DNA from: Convolutriloba macropyga
Lineage: Eukaryota
Assembly: GCF_964194025.1 (NCBI RefSeq)
Contig: NC_134473.1
Coordinates: forward strand, 72,230,001-72,294,000
Direction: 5' to 3'
Length of the DNA: 64,000 nt
Part shown: one piece after another, positions 14,030 to 26,108 of the stretch
Layout of the letters: each line of letters starts with the position of its first letter
Numbering within the stretch: position 1 is the stretch's first letter
Position numbers and translations under genes: made by a program
Notes under the pieces: model-generated
What the model saw: only the letters and a program-made list of their open reading frames with translations
Database searches by the model: none
What the model was told of the DNA's origin: nothing

Positions 14030-14618
14030 TATTGAAATTGATGATAGGGGTGATCATTCAGAACATAAATAAATAACACATTGTAATAAGTTACATAATA
14101 TTTTAAATGTAAGATGTATGAAAAGTATGCAAAGACAATATAGTGGTCATCATTTTAGAGATGAATGCAAAGATAATCGTACAGGTTCTATAACATCAGC
14201 ACATAGTTATATTGATTATACTGATATTAATAATAGTGATAGTGATAGTGATTGTAATGATAATATTGATATCAATAAGGTTTTTAATGATATGAAAGAT
14301 AGTATTGTAGAGAATTTAGAATATTACATTGGAAATGAATTTAAAAAAGGTATAAATGAGATAGAAACAGAAATTACAAATGATTTATAAACAGGGGTAA
14401 TATTAAAAGGAAAAGTAAAGAAATTAAAACAACTAGAATTTGTTTTCTAAGCAAAATTGAAACGAATAGAGATTGTTTTTTATAAAACTGGTGGTTTATG
14501 TAAAGAATGTTGTTCAGAAAATGTTCGATGTCCAAAATGTAATATTATGTTAATTAGATCTTCTCTCAGTAAACATATAAAAAGGCCACATAATAGCCAA
14601 AATAGTAATTCTACTTAA
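14005..14618 (+). pseudogene. Zn-finger protein, unit A
   Basis: Homologous to 19569-20084. C-terminal GLCKECC..CPKC..RSSLSKH motifs in shifted frames. Confidence 0.75.
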
Positions 14619-14619
14619 A

Positions 14620-15055
14620 ATTTGGCATTAGATTAAAAACTACAAAAACTACACAGATTATATACAATCCGAGGATAATTCCGCATTATGCGCATAAATT
14701 TTCCGCATATTGCGCACTAAAACTACAAATCACATAGAATAACAGTAGATTACATAGGAAAGCATTAGATTACATAGAATAACATTAAATTACATTGAAT
14801 AACACGGATTAATATATAGCCCAAGATAATTCCGCACGCGTTCAGAATTATCTTGGGCTATATATTAATCCGTGGTATTCTATGTAATCTAATGTTATTC
14901 TATGTATTCTAATGTTATTCTATGTAACCTACTGTTATTCTATGTAATTTGTAATTTTAATGCGCAATATGCGGAAAATTTATGCGCATAATGCGGAATT
15001 ATCCTCGGACTTGTATATAAATTGTGTAATTTTTGTAATTTTTAATATAATGCCA
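14620..15055. repeat. Palindromic junction 1 (head-to-head join of units A and B), axis ~14839
   Basis: ...tatagcccaagataattc cgcacgcgttca gaattatcttgggctata...; arms carry 20-bp tandem repeats (agattacatagaataacatt-like). Confidence 0.93.
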
Positions 15056-15059
15056 AATT

Positions 15060-15662
15060 TTATCTAGAATTATTATTTTGGCTATTATGTGACATTTTGT
15101 ATGGTTACTAAGAGAAGATCTATTTAAGCTAAAATTACATGTTGGACATGGAACTATTCCTGAACAACGTTCCTTACATAAACCCCAGTTGTATAAAAAC
15201 AATCTCTAATCTTTTCAATTTTGCATAAACAGCAAGTTCTATTTGTTTTAGTTTCCTTACTTTCCTTCTTTATATTACCCCCTGTTTTTAAATCATTTAT
15301 AATTTCTGTTTCTATCTCATTTATAATTTCTGTTTTCATTCATTTATAATCTCTCTTTGTAAATTATCTTTCAATTCATTAAAAACCTTATTGATATCAA
15401 TATTATCATTACAATCCTTATCACTATCACTATTATTAATATCAGTATAATCAATATAACTATGTACTGATGTTATAGTACCTGTACGATTATCTTTGCA
15501 TTCATCTCTAAAATGATAACCACTATATTGTCTTTGCATACAATTCATACATCTTACAATTAAAATATTATGTAACTTATTACAATGTATTATTTATTTA
15601 TTTTCTGAATGATCACCCCTATCATCAATTTCAATATTAAATTCACTACATATTAACGTCAG
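15060..15662 (-). pseudogene. Zn-finger protein, unit B
   Basis: ORF fragments 15336-15548, 15154-15339, 14999-15202 (CCLCKIEK..., CKERC..CPTC..RSSLSNH). Confidence 0.75.
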
Positions 15663-16343
15663 TTTTAGATGTAGATTTAATAAGATTATGGTTTGCATAA
15701 ATAGATATAAGACTAATGGCTAAAATACGTTTTATATCGATTGTTTGATTGTTATTATTAAATTCACCAGAACCTTTTGTTACCTTCTTACCAATTCTGC
15801 ATTTAATCTTGGCCTTATCTATGTTCCTTATGTCTATACCATTAATTTTATCATTATTAGTATTGCTGTTATTGTCACCATGTTTTTGATAGTAACTATA
15901 TGCAAATCCAAATATAGTAATTTTACCAAATATAGCAATATATCCACTATGGATCACATTACATACACTTTTTACTTTCGTATAAGTTTTATAAAAATTG
16001 AATGGTTTGTTTGTTTCTTTAAAATTTAAATATTCTTCAAAGTAGAACATTAACTCTTTTGGTTTAATATGTGTTGGTTCTACCATTCTATCTATTAAAT
16101 AACTACTTAGTAAAATAAATTCTTTTTCTTTAAACTCTGTATAATCAATATACTTCTCAAATTCAAGATCGCCATTTCTAGAATCATATACAACCTTTTT
16201 ATCTTTATCTAAAACAATATAACAGTCACCAATAGTACTAAAATTTAATATACCATATTTATAATGTTTAAATCTATATAGATTAGAATCAATTTTAAAC
16301 TTCTCTTGTCATCTTTCAAAGAATTGTCGTGAACTATTTAAAG

Positions 16344-16398
<55 letters not shown>

Positions 16399-16860
16399 GC
16401 TTTTGTGTTCTCTCTTGCTTTAGTATTTAAATCTGTTGCAATATGACCCACACATATTATATTAATATTGTGTTGTCTACCTTTAGAGTATACTGAATCT
16501 AGAGCTGGTAATCTAATGTTTTCGCCCAGATCATCAAATATAATAGCGCTATTAGCAAAGTTATCTATATTATCTAAAAATTTTAAATCATCAATGCCGT
16601 ATGCGTTATAACCCTTCCACTCACTGGCATCAATACAGAATACCTTAACACTATCATACAAACCACAATAATCTTTTATAATTGTTGTTTTGCCTGAATT
16701 AGATGGACCAAAAAAAATAAAGTTATGTTTCTACATTTCAAGTGGTTCTTATAGAACATTCCTATATCCCACAAATCTCACCCAAAAAGCAGAATATTTT
16801 TCATAATCCCAATAAGCAATAATAATAATTTATAATAACATATTAAATAACGGGAAAACT
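15646..16860 (-). pseudogene. A32/FtsK-HerA-type ATPase with C-terminal hydrophobic segments, unit B
   Basis: GPSNSGKT at ~16690-16710, IIFDD, SKGRQHN. Disrupted by a (TA)n tract. Frame reads through ...GDCYIVLDKD...DRMVEPTH... into ORF 15646-16086. Confidence 0.85.
16345..16398. repeat. (TA)n microsatellite inside the unit B ATPase gene
   Basis: Direct read; gives the IYIYIY artefact in the ORF track. Confidence 0.97.
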
Positions 16861-16912
16861 AAATAAATTTTTATTAGGACTAAACTTCAATATTATATTT
16901 CTTTACATGTTC

Positions 16913-17195
16913 TATAAATCGTTTTTAGTACGACCAGGTCTATATCTATTGAGATACCAGCATAACCTACAAGTGAAATGTTTAAATCTATAGTGAGGGA
17001 TATGTTTATTTACTTGACACTTTCTACATACTAAATTTTGATTAGGACCATTATAATGTATATACATATGATCATGCCTCTCTCTATATGTTCTAGTTTC
17101 CTTACATACAAAACATATGAAAGGCTCACTTTGACATATATCACAACTCCAACACCAAGCCTTATCTTTACATTTATCGCACTTAATACTAATAA
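16913..17195 (-). pseudogene. Small Cys/His-rich protein, unit B
   Basis: Nearly identical inverted copy of 12995-13276. Confidence 0.75.
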
Positions 17196-17506
17196 TTTTT
17201 AATGTGAAAAATTACATAATTAATGTTATTTCAAAAGTTGTCGTATAAAAATAAGTGCACAAGATTACAACGATAACATTCAAACTGGAATTGAAGTCCA
17301 ATCTGGAAGTTGACAAGTCCAATGTCAAAGTGAGCGAGCTCAATTTGGAAGTGGACAAGCCCAATCTAGTTCTACTAGCATAGTAACCCAAATGTTGTTA
17401 AATAAAAACAAACTACAAGAAGAAAACAAACGAACAGATGTTTGTCAAATAAAGGAGTCGTATGATAAACAGACTGCAAAATTAAAACAACGAGAAGAGG
17501 ATATGC

Positions 17507-18996
17507 ATGAGTCATTGCGAAAGACTGAAGCAAGATCGAGAATCATCTAAAGATAGAGAATCATCTATAGATTTAGAGTCAGATTTGGATCCATCTAAAG
17601 AACGAGAATCATCTAACGATAGAGAATCATCCAAAGATAGAGAATCATCTAAAGATAGAGAATCATCTAAAGATTCAGATTCAGATTCATCTGATGATAT
17701 TGTCTATGTTTAATAAGCCTAAAATAATACTAATGAGACTAGATGCGAAGATTGTAATCAAGAGTTAACTCAAAAGAATTACGCTAGATACATTCAATTA
17801 TTTAAACATAAAACGAATGAGCGATTATATAATAGAAATGAAACTATTGAAGATATAGAACAAAAAAATAAACATTATCCTGAACTATAGGGAATAAAGT
17901 ATTTTGATAGTTGTGATATGTATCTAGATAAAAATACTGAATATAATAAACATATAGAAACATTAAAACATAGGAATAATTTAAGATTAAATAGTGGAGA
18001 AATAATAAAGAATGGGAGCAAGTTTGAATGTGTAACATGTGAGACTACTCTAAGTCAATATAATTTGAATCAATATTTAAAAACAAAGATGCATCCAGAT
18101 AACGTTAAAAGTAAAGATAAGGATAGAGAATCATCTAAAGAAAGAGAATCATCTAAAGATAGAGAATCATTATCAAAGACCCAAACATCAAGTACAGGTT
18201 CTTGCGATATATTTAATACTAAAAATAATAATAAAAATAAACACAATGATTCAGATGATCATAAAGAAAATGTTAAACAGAAAAAACTTGTTAATGGTAA
18301 GTGGAGAGAGAAAGTTAATGAGTTAGGATTAAATCATAATGTGAAGTATAATCAAATAATGATAGAAGTAATAATTATGAAGATCCCAAAATCTTGAAAG
18401 TATTAGAGACAATGTATAACATAAATCCCCATATAAAGTTTAAGAGCTTTGATGTAGTAAGGTATACAAAACCTACAGATGATAAGTTAGAAGAAAATGA
18501 ATTCACATTTAGACTAATGATTAGAAAATTTCATGGTCCCTATGACTTGGATATATTGAAAAGTGAACTCGAGACTGGAATGCAAGAACAAGCGTGAAAC
18601 AATCTCGTTGGAGCATGCAAAGATTTGTTAAAAGAACTATGTATATACAGAGGTTTTATCCTACTGGTGTTTGTACTACTGAGTTAGCATTCACGTCTAG
18701 ATATATTTTTAATACACATAATAATAAAAATAAATGTTTATTGTGGTGTTAACCTGCTTATCTACATCCTGCTAAAGCCCATCCCAAAAGAGTTAGAAAT
18801 TATAAAAATACCAGAGTATATTAATGAGATAATATTACCGAGGCTTCCACCTCCTTATGGATATAAAGCTTTACAGAAAATACAAGAGTTCAACAAATAT
18901 AAAGTTTTATTTAATGTGTTCAATCTAAATAAAAATAAAACTATTAATCCTGTATTAATCAATCATAATGATCCGGACAGATGTATTATATTATAC
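17507..18996 (+). pseudogene. polB: PolB N-terminal third, unit B, truncated and fused to a terminal-repeat arm
   Basis: ORF 17507-17713 is identical to 12475-12681. Homology to PolB stops after INHNDPDRCIILY at ~18996. Confidence 0.88.
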
Positions 18997-18999
18997 CTA

Positions 19000-19402
19000 T
19001 ATAGATTAAAAATTACAAAAAATATACAGATTATATACAAGTCCAAGGATAATTCCGCATTATGCGCATAAATTTTCCGCATATTGCGCATTAAAATTAC
19101 AAATTATATAAAATAACAGTAGATTACATAGAATAGCATTAGATTACATAGAATAACATTAGATTACATTATATAACACGGATTAATATATAGCCCAAGA
19201 TAATTCCGCACGCAGGCGGAATTATCTTGGGCTATATACTAATCCGTGGTATTCTATGCAATCTAATGCTATTCTATGTATTCTAATGTTATTCTATGTA
19301 ATTTGTAATTTTAATGCCCAATATGCGGAAAATTTATGCGCATAATGCGGAATTATCCTCGGACTATATATAATCTATGTAACTTTTGTAATTTATAATC
19401 TA
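19000..19402. repeat. Palindromic junction 2 (~200 bp arms), axis ~19212
   Basis: ...gcccaagataattccgc acgcag gcggaattatcttgggc...; same 20-bp subrepeats as junction 1. Confidence 0.93.
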
Positions 19403-19412
19403 ATGCCAAATT

Positions 19413-20048
19413 TTAACTAGAATTATTATACTGGCTATTATGTGGCCTTTTTATATGTTTACTAAGAGAAAATCTTTTTAAAATAATATTAAATGTTGGA
19501 CATGGAACTTTTTCTGGACAACAATTTTACATAAAACCCCAGTTGTATCAAAACAATCTCTAATCTTTTCAATTTTTGCATGAACAACAATTTCTATTAA
19601 CTTTGGTTTCCTTGTTTTCCTTCTTTATATTACCCCCTGTTTTTAAATCATTTATAAATTTTGTTTCTATCTCTTTTATATCTTCTTTTTGTATTTCATT
19701 TATAATCTCTATTCGTAAATCATTTCTAATGTAATACTTTAAATTCTCTACAATACTATCTTTTATATCATTAAAAACATTATTGATATCAATATTATCA
19801 TTACAAACACTATCACTATTATTAATATCAGTAAAATCAATACAACTATGTACTGATGTCATAGAACCTGTACGATAATATTTGCATTCATTTCTAAAAC
19901 TAGAACCACTATATTGTCTTTGCATACATTTCATACCTCTTAAAAATAAATTGTTATGTAACTTAATATAATGTATCATTAAATCAAGTTCTGGATAATC
20001 ACCACTATCAACAATTTCATTATAACATTCTCTACATATTAACGTCAT
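19413..20048 (-). pseudogene. Zn-finger protein, unit C (likely start MTLICREC)
   Basis: N-terminal CxxC...H...H, acidic/helical middle and C-terminal CxxC clusters after a frameshift at ~19575. Confidence 0.78.
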
Positions 20049-21202
20049 TTTTAGTTGTAGAATTATTAAGATTATGGGTTGCATAAATAGATATAAGACT
20101 AAAGTCTAATATACATATTATATCTAATGTTTCATTGTTATTATTAAATACACCATAAGCTATTGTTCCCTTCTTACCAATTCTTAGTTTAATCTTGGCC
20201 TTATCTATGTTCCCTATATCTATACCATTTATTTTATCATTATTAGTATTTTTATTATTGTCACCATTTTTGATAGTAACTATATGCAAATCCAAATATA
20301 GTAATTATCCCAAATATAGCAATATATCCACTATGGATCTTATTACATATACTTTTTACTTTCGTATAAGATTTATAAAAATTGAATGGTTTGTTTGTTT
20401 CTTTAACGTTTAAATATTCTTCAAAATAGAACACTAACTCATTTCGTTTAATATGTGTCTGTTCTGCCATTCCATCTTTTAAATAACTACTTAGTATATT
20501 AAGTTCTTTTTCTTTAAAATCTGTTTGATCAACATACCACTCAATATCAAGATCGCCATTTCTAGAAACATTTACAACATTTTTATCTTTATCTCATACA
20601 ATATAATAGTCACCAATAGTACTGTAATTTATTATACCATATTTATAATATTTAAATCTATATAGATTAGAATCAATTTTAAACTTCTCTTGTACTCTTT
20701 CAAAGATATGCCGTGAACTTTTTAATGTAACATATAAAGCTGGTGTGTTCTCTCTTGTTTTTGTATATAAATCTGTTACAATATGACCCACACATATTAT
20801 ATTCATATTGTGATGTCTACATTTAGAGTGTAATGAATCCATATCTGGTAATCTAATGTTTTCTCCTATATCATCAAAAATAATAAGACTATTAGCAAAG
20901 TTATCTATATTATCTAATAATTTTAAATCATCAATGCCGTATGCGTTATAACCCTTCCACTCACTGGCATCAATACAGAATACATTAACGCTGTCATAAA
21001 AACCACAATATTCTTTTATAAATAATGTTTTGCCTGAATTAGATGGCCCATAAATAATAAAGTTATGTTTCTTCATTTCAAGTGGTTCTTGTAGAATATT
21101 CCTATATCCCAAAAATCTCGTCCTAAAATCAGAATATTTATCATAATTCCAATAAGCAATTATAATAATTAATAATAACATATGAAATAATGGGAACACC
21201 AA
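20032..21202 (-). pseudogene. A32/FtsK-HerA-type (virus packaging-like) ATPase with hydrophobic N- and C-terminal segments, unit C (~390 codons reconstructed)
   Basis: Walker A IIYGPSNSGKT, Walker B LIIFDD, arginine-finger-like SKCRHHN, ICVGH. TGA at 20594, then homologous continuation in ORFs 20261-20470 and 20032-20295. Confidence 0.88.
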
Positions 21203-21251
21203 ATAAAATTTTATTAGGACTAAACTTCAATATTATATTTCTTTACATGTT

Positions 21252-21536
21252 CTATAAATCGTTTTTAGTACATCCAAATCTATATCTATTGTGATACAAG
21301 CATAACCTACAAGTGAAATGTTTAAATCCATAGTGAGGGATATGTTTTTTTACTTGACATTTTTTACATAGTAAATTTTGATTAGGATCATTAAAATGTA
21401 TATCCATGTGATCATGTCTCTCTCTATATGTTATAGTTTCCTTACATACAAAACATAAGAAAGGCTCAATTTGACACATATCACAACTCCAACACCAAGT
21501 CCTATCTTTACATTTATCGCTTTTAGTACTAATCAT
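21252..21536 (-). CDS. Small Cys/His-rich putative Zn-binding protein (94 aa), intact in unit C
   Basis: ATG-initiated ORF with repeated CxxC and His residues; frame conserved in all three units. Confidence 0.75.
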   Translation of the reverse strand: MISTKSDKCKDRTWCWSCDMCQIEPFLCFVCKETITYRERHDHMDIHFNDPNQNLLCKKCQVKKHIPHYGFKHFTCRLCLYHNRYRFGCTKNDL

Positions 21537-21539
21537 TTC

Positions 21540-21720
21540 TAATTATAAAAAATTACATAAATAATATTATCTCAAATTTTTTCGTATAAAAATAAGTGCA
21601 CGAGATTCCAACGATAACATTCAAACTGGAAATGAAGTCCAATCTGGAAGTTGACAAGTCCATTGTCAAAGTGAGCGAGCTCAATTTGGAAGTGGACAAG
21701 CCCAATCTAGTTCTACTAAC
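21540..21720. promoter_or_regulatory. Putative divergent promoter between the Cys/ATPase/ZnF block and PolB (copies at ~12810-12990 and ~17200-17380)
   Basis: Non-coding gap between divergent genes with gtataaaaa (~21584) and repeated caat(c/t)tggaagt(t/g)gacaag(t/c)cca motifs. Confidence 0.55.
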
Positions 21721-21911
21721 ATGGCTACCCAAAAGTTTTTAAATAAAAACTAACTACAAGAAGAAAACAAACAAATAGACGGAGAAAGACAAAAAGGAGG
21801 AAGCAGAAAAAGATTTAGAATCAATCAGAAGGTTTAATCAAATAAATGAAGAAATAAAGGAGTCGTATGATAAACAGACTGCAAAATTAAAACAACGAGA
21901 AGAGGATATGC

Positions 21912-24900
21912 ATGAGTCATTGCGAAAGACTGAAGCAAGATCGAGAATCATCTAAAGATAGAGAATCATCCATAGATTTAGATACAGATTCGGATCCACA
22001 TAAAGAACGAGAATCGTCTAAAGATAGAAAATCATCCAAAGATAGAGAATCATCGAAACATAGAAAATCATCTAAAGATTCAGATTCAGAATCATCTGAT
22101 GATATTGTCTATGCTAAAAAGCCTAACAAAAATACTAATAAGAATAGATGCGAAGATTGAAATCGAGAGTTAACTCAAAAGAATTATGCTAGATACATTC
22201 AATCACTTAAACATAAAACGAATGAGCGATTATATAACAGAAATGAAATTATTGAGAGTGCTTATAATGTTGGAGTAAAAGTTACTATTGAAGATATAGA
22301 ACAAAAAAAAGATAAACGGCAAAAGAAAAAGAGGGAATAAAATATTGTGATAGTTGTGATATGTATCTAGATTATAATACTGAACACTATAAACATATAG
22401 AAACATTAAACCATAGGAAAAATGCAAGACTAAATATTGGGGAATTAATAAAGAGTGGGAGTAAGTTTGAATGTGTAACAGGTAAGACTACTCTAAGTCA
22501 ATATAGTGTGGAGCAACGTTTAAAAACAAAGATGCATCTAGATAATTTTAAAGGTAAAGCTGAGGATAAAAAATCATCTAAAGATAGAGAACCATCTAAA
22601 GATAGAGAATCATTATCAAAGACCCAAACATCAAGTACAGGTTCTAGCGATATATGTCATACTAAATATAATAATAAAAATAAACACAATGATTCAGATG
22701 ATCATAAAGAAAATGTTAAACAAAAAATTTGTTGATGGTAAGTGGAGAGAGAAAGTTAATGAGTGAGGATTAGATTGTAATATGAAATATAATCAAATAA
22801 TGATAACATGTAGTAATTATGGAGATCCCAAATTCTTAAAAGTATTAGAGACAACGTAAAACATAAGTCCCCGTATAAAATTTAAAAGCTTTGAAGTAGT
22901 AAGGTATACAAAACCTACAGATGATAAGTTAGAAGAAAATGAATTATTATTTAGACTCAAGACTAGACAATATAATGGTCCCTATGACTTGGATATGTTG
23001 AAAAGTGAACTTGAGACTAGAATGCAAGAACAAGCGTGAAACAATCTCGTTTGAGCATGCAAAGATTTGTTAAGAGAACTATGTAAATACACAGGTTTTA
23101 TCCTACTGGTGGTTGTACTACTGAGTTACCATTCACGTCTAGATTTATTTTTAATATACATAATAATGAAAATAATTGTTTTTTGTGGTGTTTAATTGCT
23201 TATCTACATCCTGCTAAAGCCCATACCAAAAGAATTAGTAATTATAATTAACCAGAGTGTATTAATGAGATAAAATTACCAAGGCTTCCACCTCCTTATG
23301 GATATAAAGATTTACAGAAAATACAAGTGTTCAACTAATATAAAGTTTTATTCAATGTGTTTAATCTAAATAAAAATAAGACTATTAATCCTAATCCTGT
23401 ATTAATCAATCATAATGATCCAAAAATATGAAATATATTATACTCGATAATCATTATTTGCTATGTAATGATGTATCATTCTTATTAAGAAAATCATCTA
23501 AATAAAAATGTTATCCATGTCTAAAATGTTGTGTATCATTTCTAACTGAACATGCATTACGTAAACATTTAGAACTGTGTGATACACAGAACCTTATAGG
23601 AAGCAGAACATTTTATCGTGATGATTATCTAAAGTTTGATAAGTTCCACAATAAAAACAGAGTACCATTTGCTATGTATTTTGATTTTGAATGTCTAAAA
23701 AAAACAGAAAACACATTCCTACTGCTTGTGGGTTTTATATAAAAAGTGATTATCCTGATATATTAGATTAAAAGTATGAAAGTTATTGTGGAGATGGCAT
23801 AGTTGATTGGTTTATAAGTAGAATGAGTTATTATAATAATTTGTTTAAAGAGATTTTTAGCATAAATATTCCATTAAAAGAAGATCGTAGTACTCCACTT
23901 ACTATTGGGTGTTTTTATTGTAACGAGTATATGGGTGAAGACATTGTTAGAGATCATGTGAATTGTAAATTTAGAGGATATGCTAACAATAAGTGTAACC
24001 TCCAGGCTAAGAACAGTTTTGTACCAATATATACTTTTAATTCTACAAATTAAGATCATCACCTATTTAAAACTGAACTAGCAAAGAAGATTAGACTTAA
24101 AGTATTAACAAAAACTGATAAGAATTATATTTGTTTTGATATGGGTTATGCTAAAGCATTAGGTATGCTTAGGTTCTTCCATCCACTTAGCTTAGATGCT
24201 ATAAGTAAAACATTGAGTGATAAAGAGTGTGTAACGAAAAACAAATTTAAGTTAGATAGACGTAAAGGTATATTCCCATATGAATGATTTGATAGTATAG
24301 ACAAACCTAATGAAAAATCATTACCACCCAAGGAGGTTTTCTATTCTAAGTTGAAACAAAGTGGTATTACTAATGAAGAGTATAGGCAAGCGTTAGATTA
24401 TTGGAAAGAAGCTGGATGTGAAACAATAAAAGATTCTATGATGTTATATCTAAAAACTGATGTATTATTATCGGTAGATGTATTTGAAAGGTTAAGAGGT
24501 AAGTGTTTAGAATATTATGAAATAGATCCTTGTTATACATATTCTAATCCTGGATTAACTTGGTTACGTGGATTGAAATATACTAATGTTAGACTTAAAT
24601 ATTTTTAAAAAATACAGTTAATATTTATGATACAGTACAACCTGGTACTAGAGGTGGTTTAACTTCAGTGTTAGGCGATTGTCATGTGAAATGTTAAAAT
24701 AAAGAAGTAGATCCAGAGTATACTGGGAGATAGAATCATTTAAAACACTTAGAGTTCAACTCATTATATTCCTCTGTTATGGTTCAAGCTTTACCTACTG
24801 GTGACATAAGTGTTTGTAACGGTTTAGTATATACTGGCTCTAGCTCTACTAAATGTTATATCTACACCATTGATGTAAGGTATACCAATAAGATGAAACA

Positions 24901-25497
24901 AAAAACAAAGAAGTATCCATTCTTTCCACAAAAGACAAAGGCTAATATTGATCAGTCTACAGATTATCAAAATGAAAATAACAAGAAAGGATACAAACCA
25001 AGCGAGAAGTTGATATTGAAGTTAACAGATAAGAAGGATTATGTAATTGAAAGAGAGATGATGGATTGGTATTTTAATAAAGGTTTGAGGTTGGAAGATG
25101 TTACAAATAAGCAAGAGTTAGAGTATATTAAGAGTGAGTGGTTAAAGACTGATACTGAGTTTAATATTCAGAAAAGGAAAGAAGCTAAAGCTAAGGGTGA
25201 TAAATTTGGTGATTTATTCTTTAAGTTAATGAATAACGCCTACTATGGAAAAACAATAAAAATGTATATAATAGACAAGATAGAGTTATTTAATGATATA
25301 GGTAGATATATTAAATTAGTAGAAAGTATTAGTTTTAAATATGCTGTAGATTTTGATGATGAACTAGTGGCTGTACATAAAACAAGAGGTAATGTTAAGT
25401 TAGATAAGTTTAATTATATTGGTTTTTTTATATTAGAGAGAGCTATACTTTTTATGTATAAAATTCTATATACAATTACTTTCAGAAAAACTTAGAT
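21912..25497 (+). pseudogene. polB: Protein-primed-type PolB, unit C, truncated just before motif C
   Basis: Collinear with unit A PolB: CFYC..VRDH..FRGY, YLKTDVLLSVDVFE, FFKLMNNAYYGKT. Replaced after ~25497 by an inverted copy of the left end. Confidence 0.92.
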
Positions 25498-25499
25498 TA

Positions 25500-26108
25500 G
25501 TTTTAGTTATAACTTATCTCGAGTTCTTAAACTAAAACGAACGTCATTTCAAGTAAGCACCGCTAATAATTCAGAATTTCGAGAGGTAGCGTTTAGACTT
25601 ACGGTTTTCATAATCAGATTTTCAAGCGTTCATCTTGCACGACGACCCTAAAATATCAGGACGCACCCCTTGGTCAATCACCGTTGGTTTAGATAGGGTT
25701 TATTTTGCTTAATACCCTAGCCAAGGAACTGATGTGCATAAAAGATCGCAGATCGAACTAGTTCGCCTAACCAAATAGTAAATATGTAACTAATTACACT
25801 ATTGATAGCAAGAAACATCATTTGAAACAAAAGAACAATACAAGATAGCTATTGATCCATTTGATGATAGAGGTATTAAAGGTTGTAATGGTGAGTTTAG
25901 ATTTTATAGTTAATTAGTTTTTTAAATAAATAATAGCGAACAAATTAAAACTTATAAAAGAGTTAAGCTGGTTTTTTATTCAAGTTATTTTCGCAAGTTG
26001 GTTTTACGTGCAAGTTACACGGTCTCACTATAAAGGGAAATATATTGGATAAAACAAAAGGGAAATTACGTAATGTGTATATAGGTGCCAACTCGCGACT
26101 CATTGGAG
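25500..26108 (-). repeat. Inverted near-identical copy of ~6724-7333
   Basis: Contains the same PolB-3'/host duplication breakpoint (ccaaatagtaaatatgtaac) and the same ~150 bp deletion as at 6800. Confidence 0.92.

Noticed and set aside
13636-20413. Hydrophobic antisense ORFs 13636-13950, 15745-16029, 20195-20413
   Set aside because: Mirror frames of the AT-rich ATPase C-terminal coding strand.
13450-22770. TGA recoding (alternative genetic code) in the element because two TGAs are shared by units A and C
   Set aside because: They align to Leu (TTA) in unit B, TGG is used for Trp, and many TAA/TAG stops and frameshifts also occur; inherited lesions are simpler.
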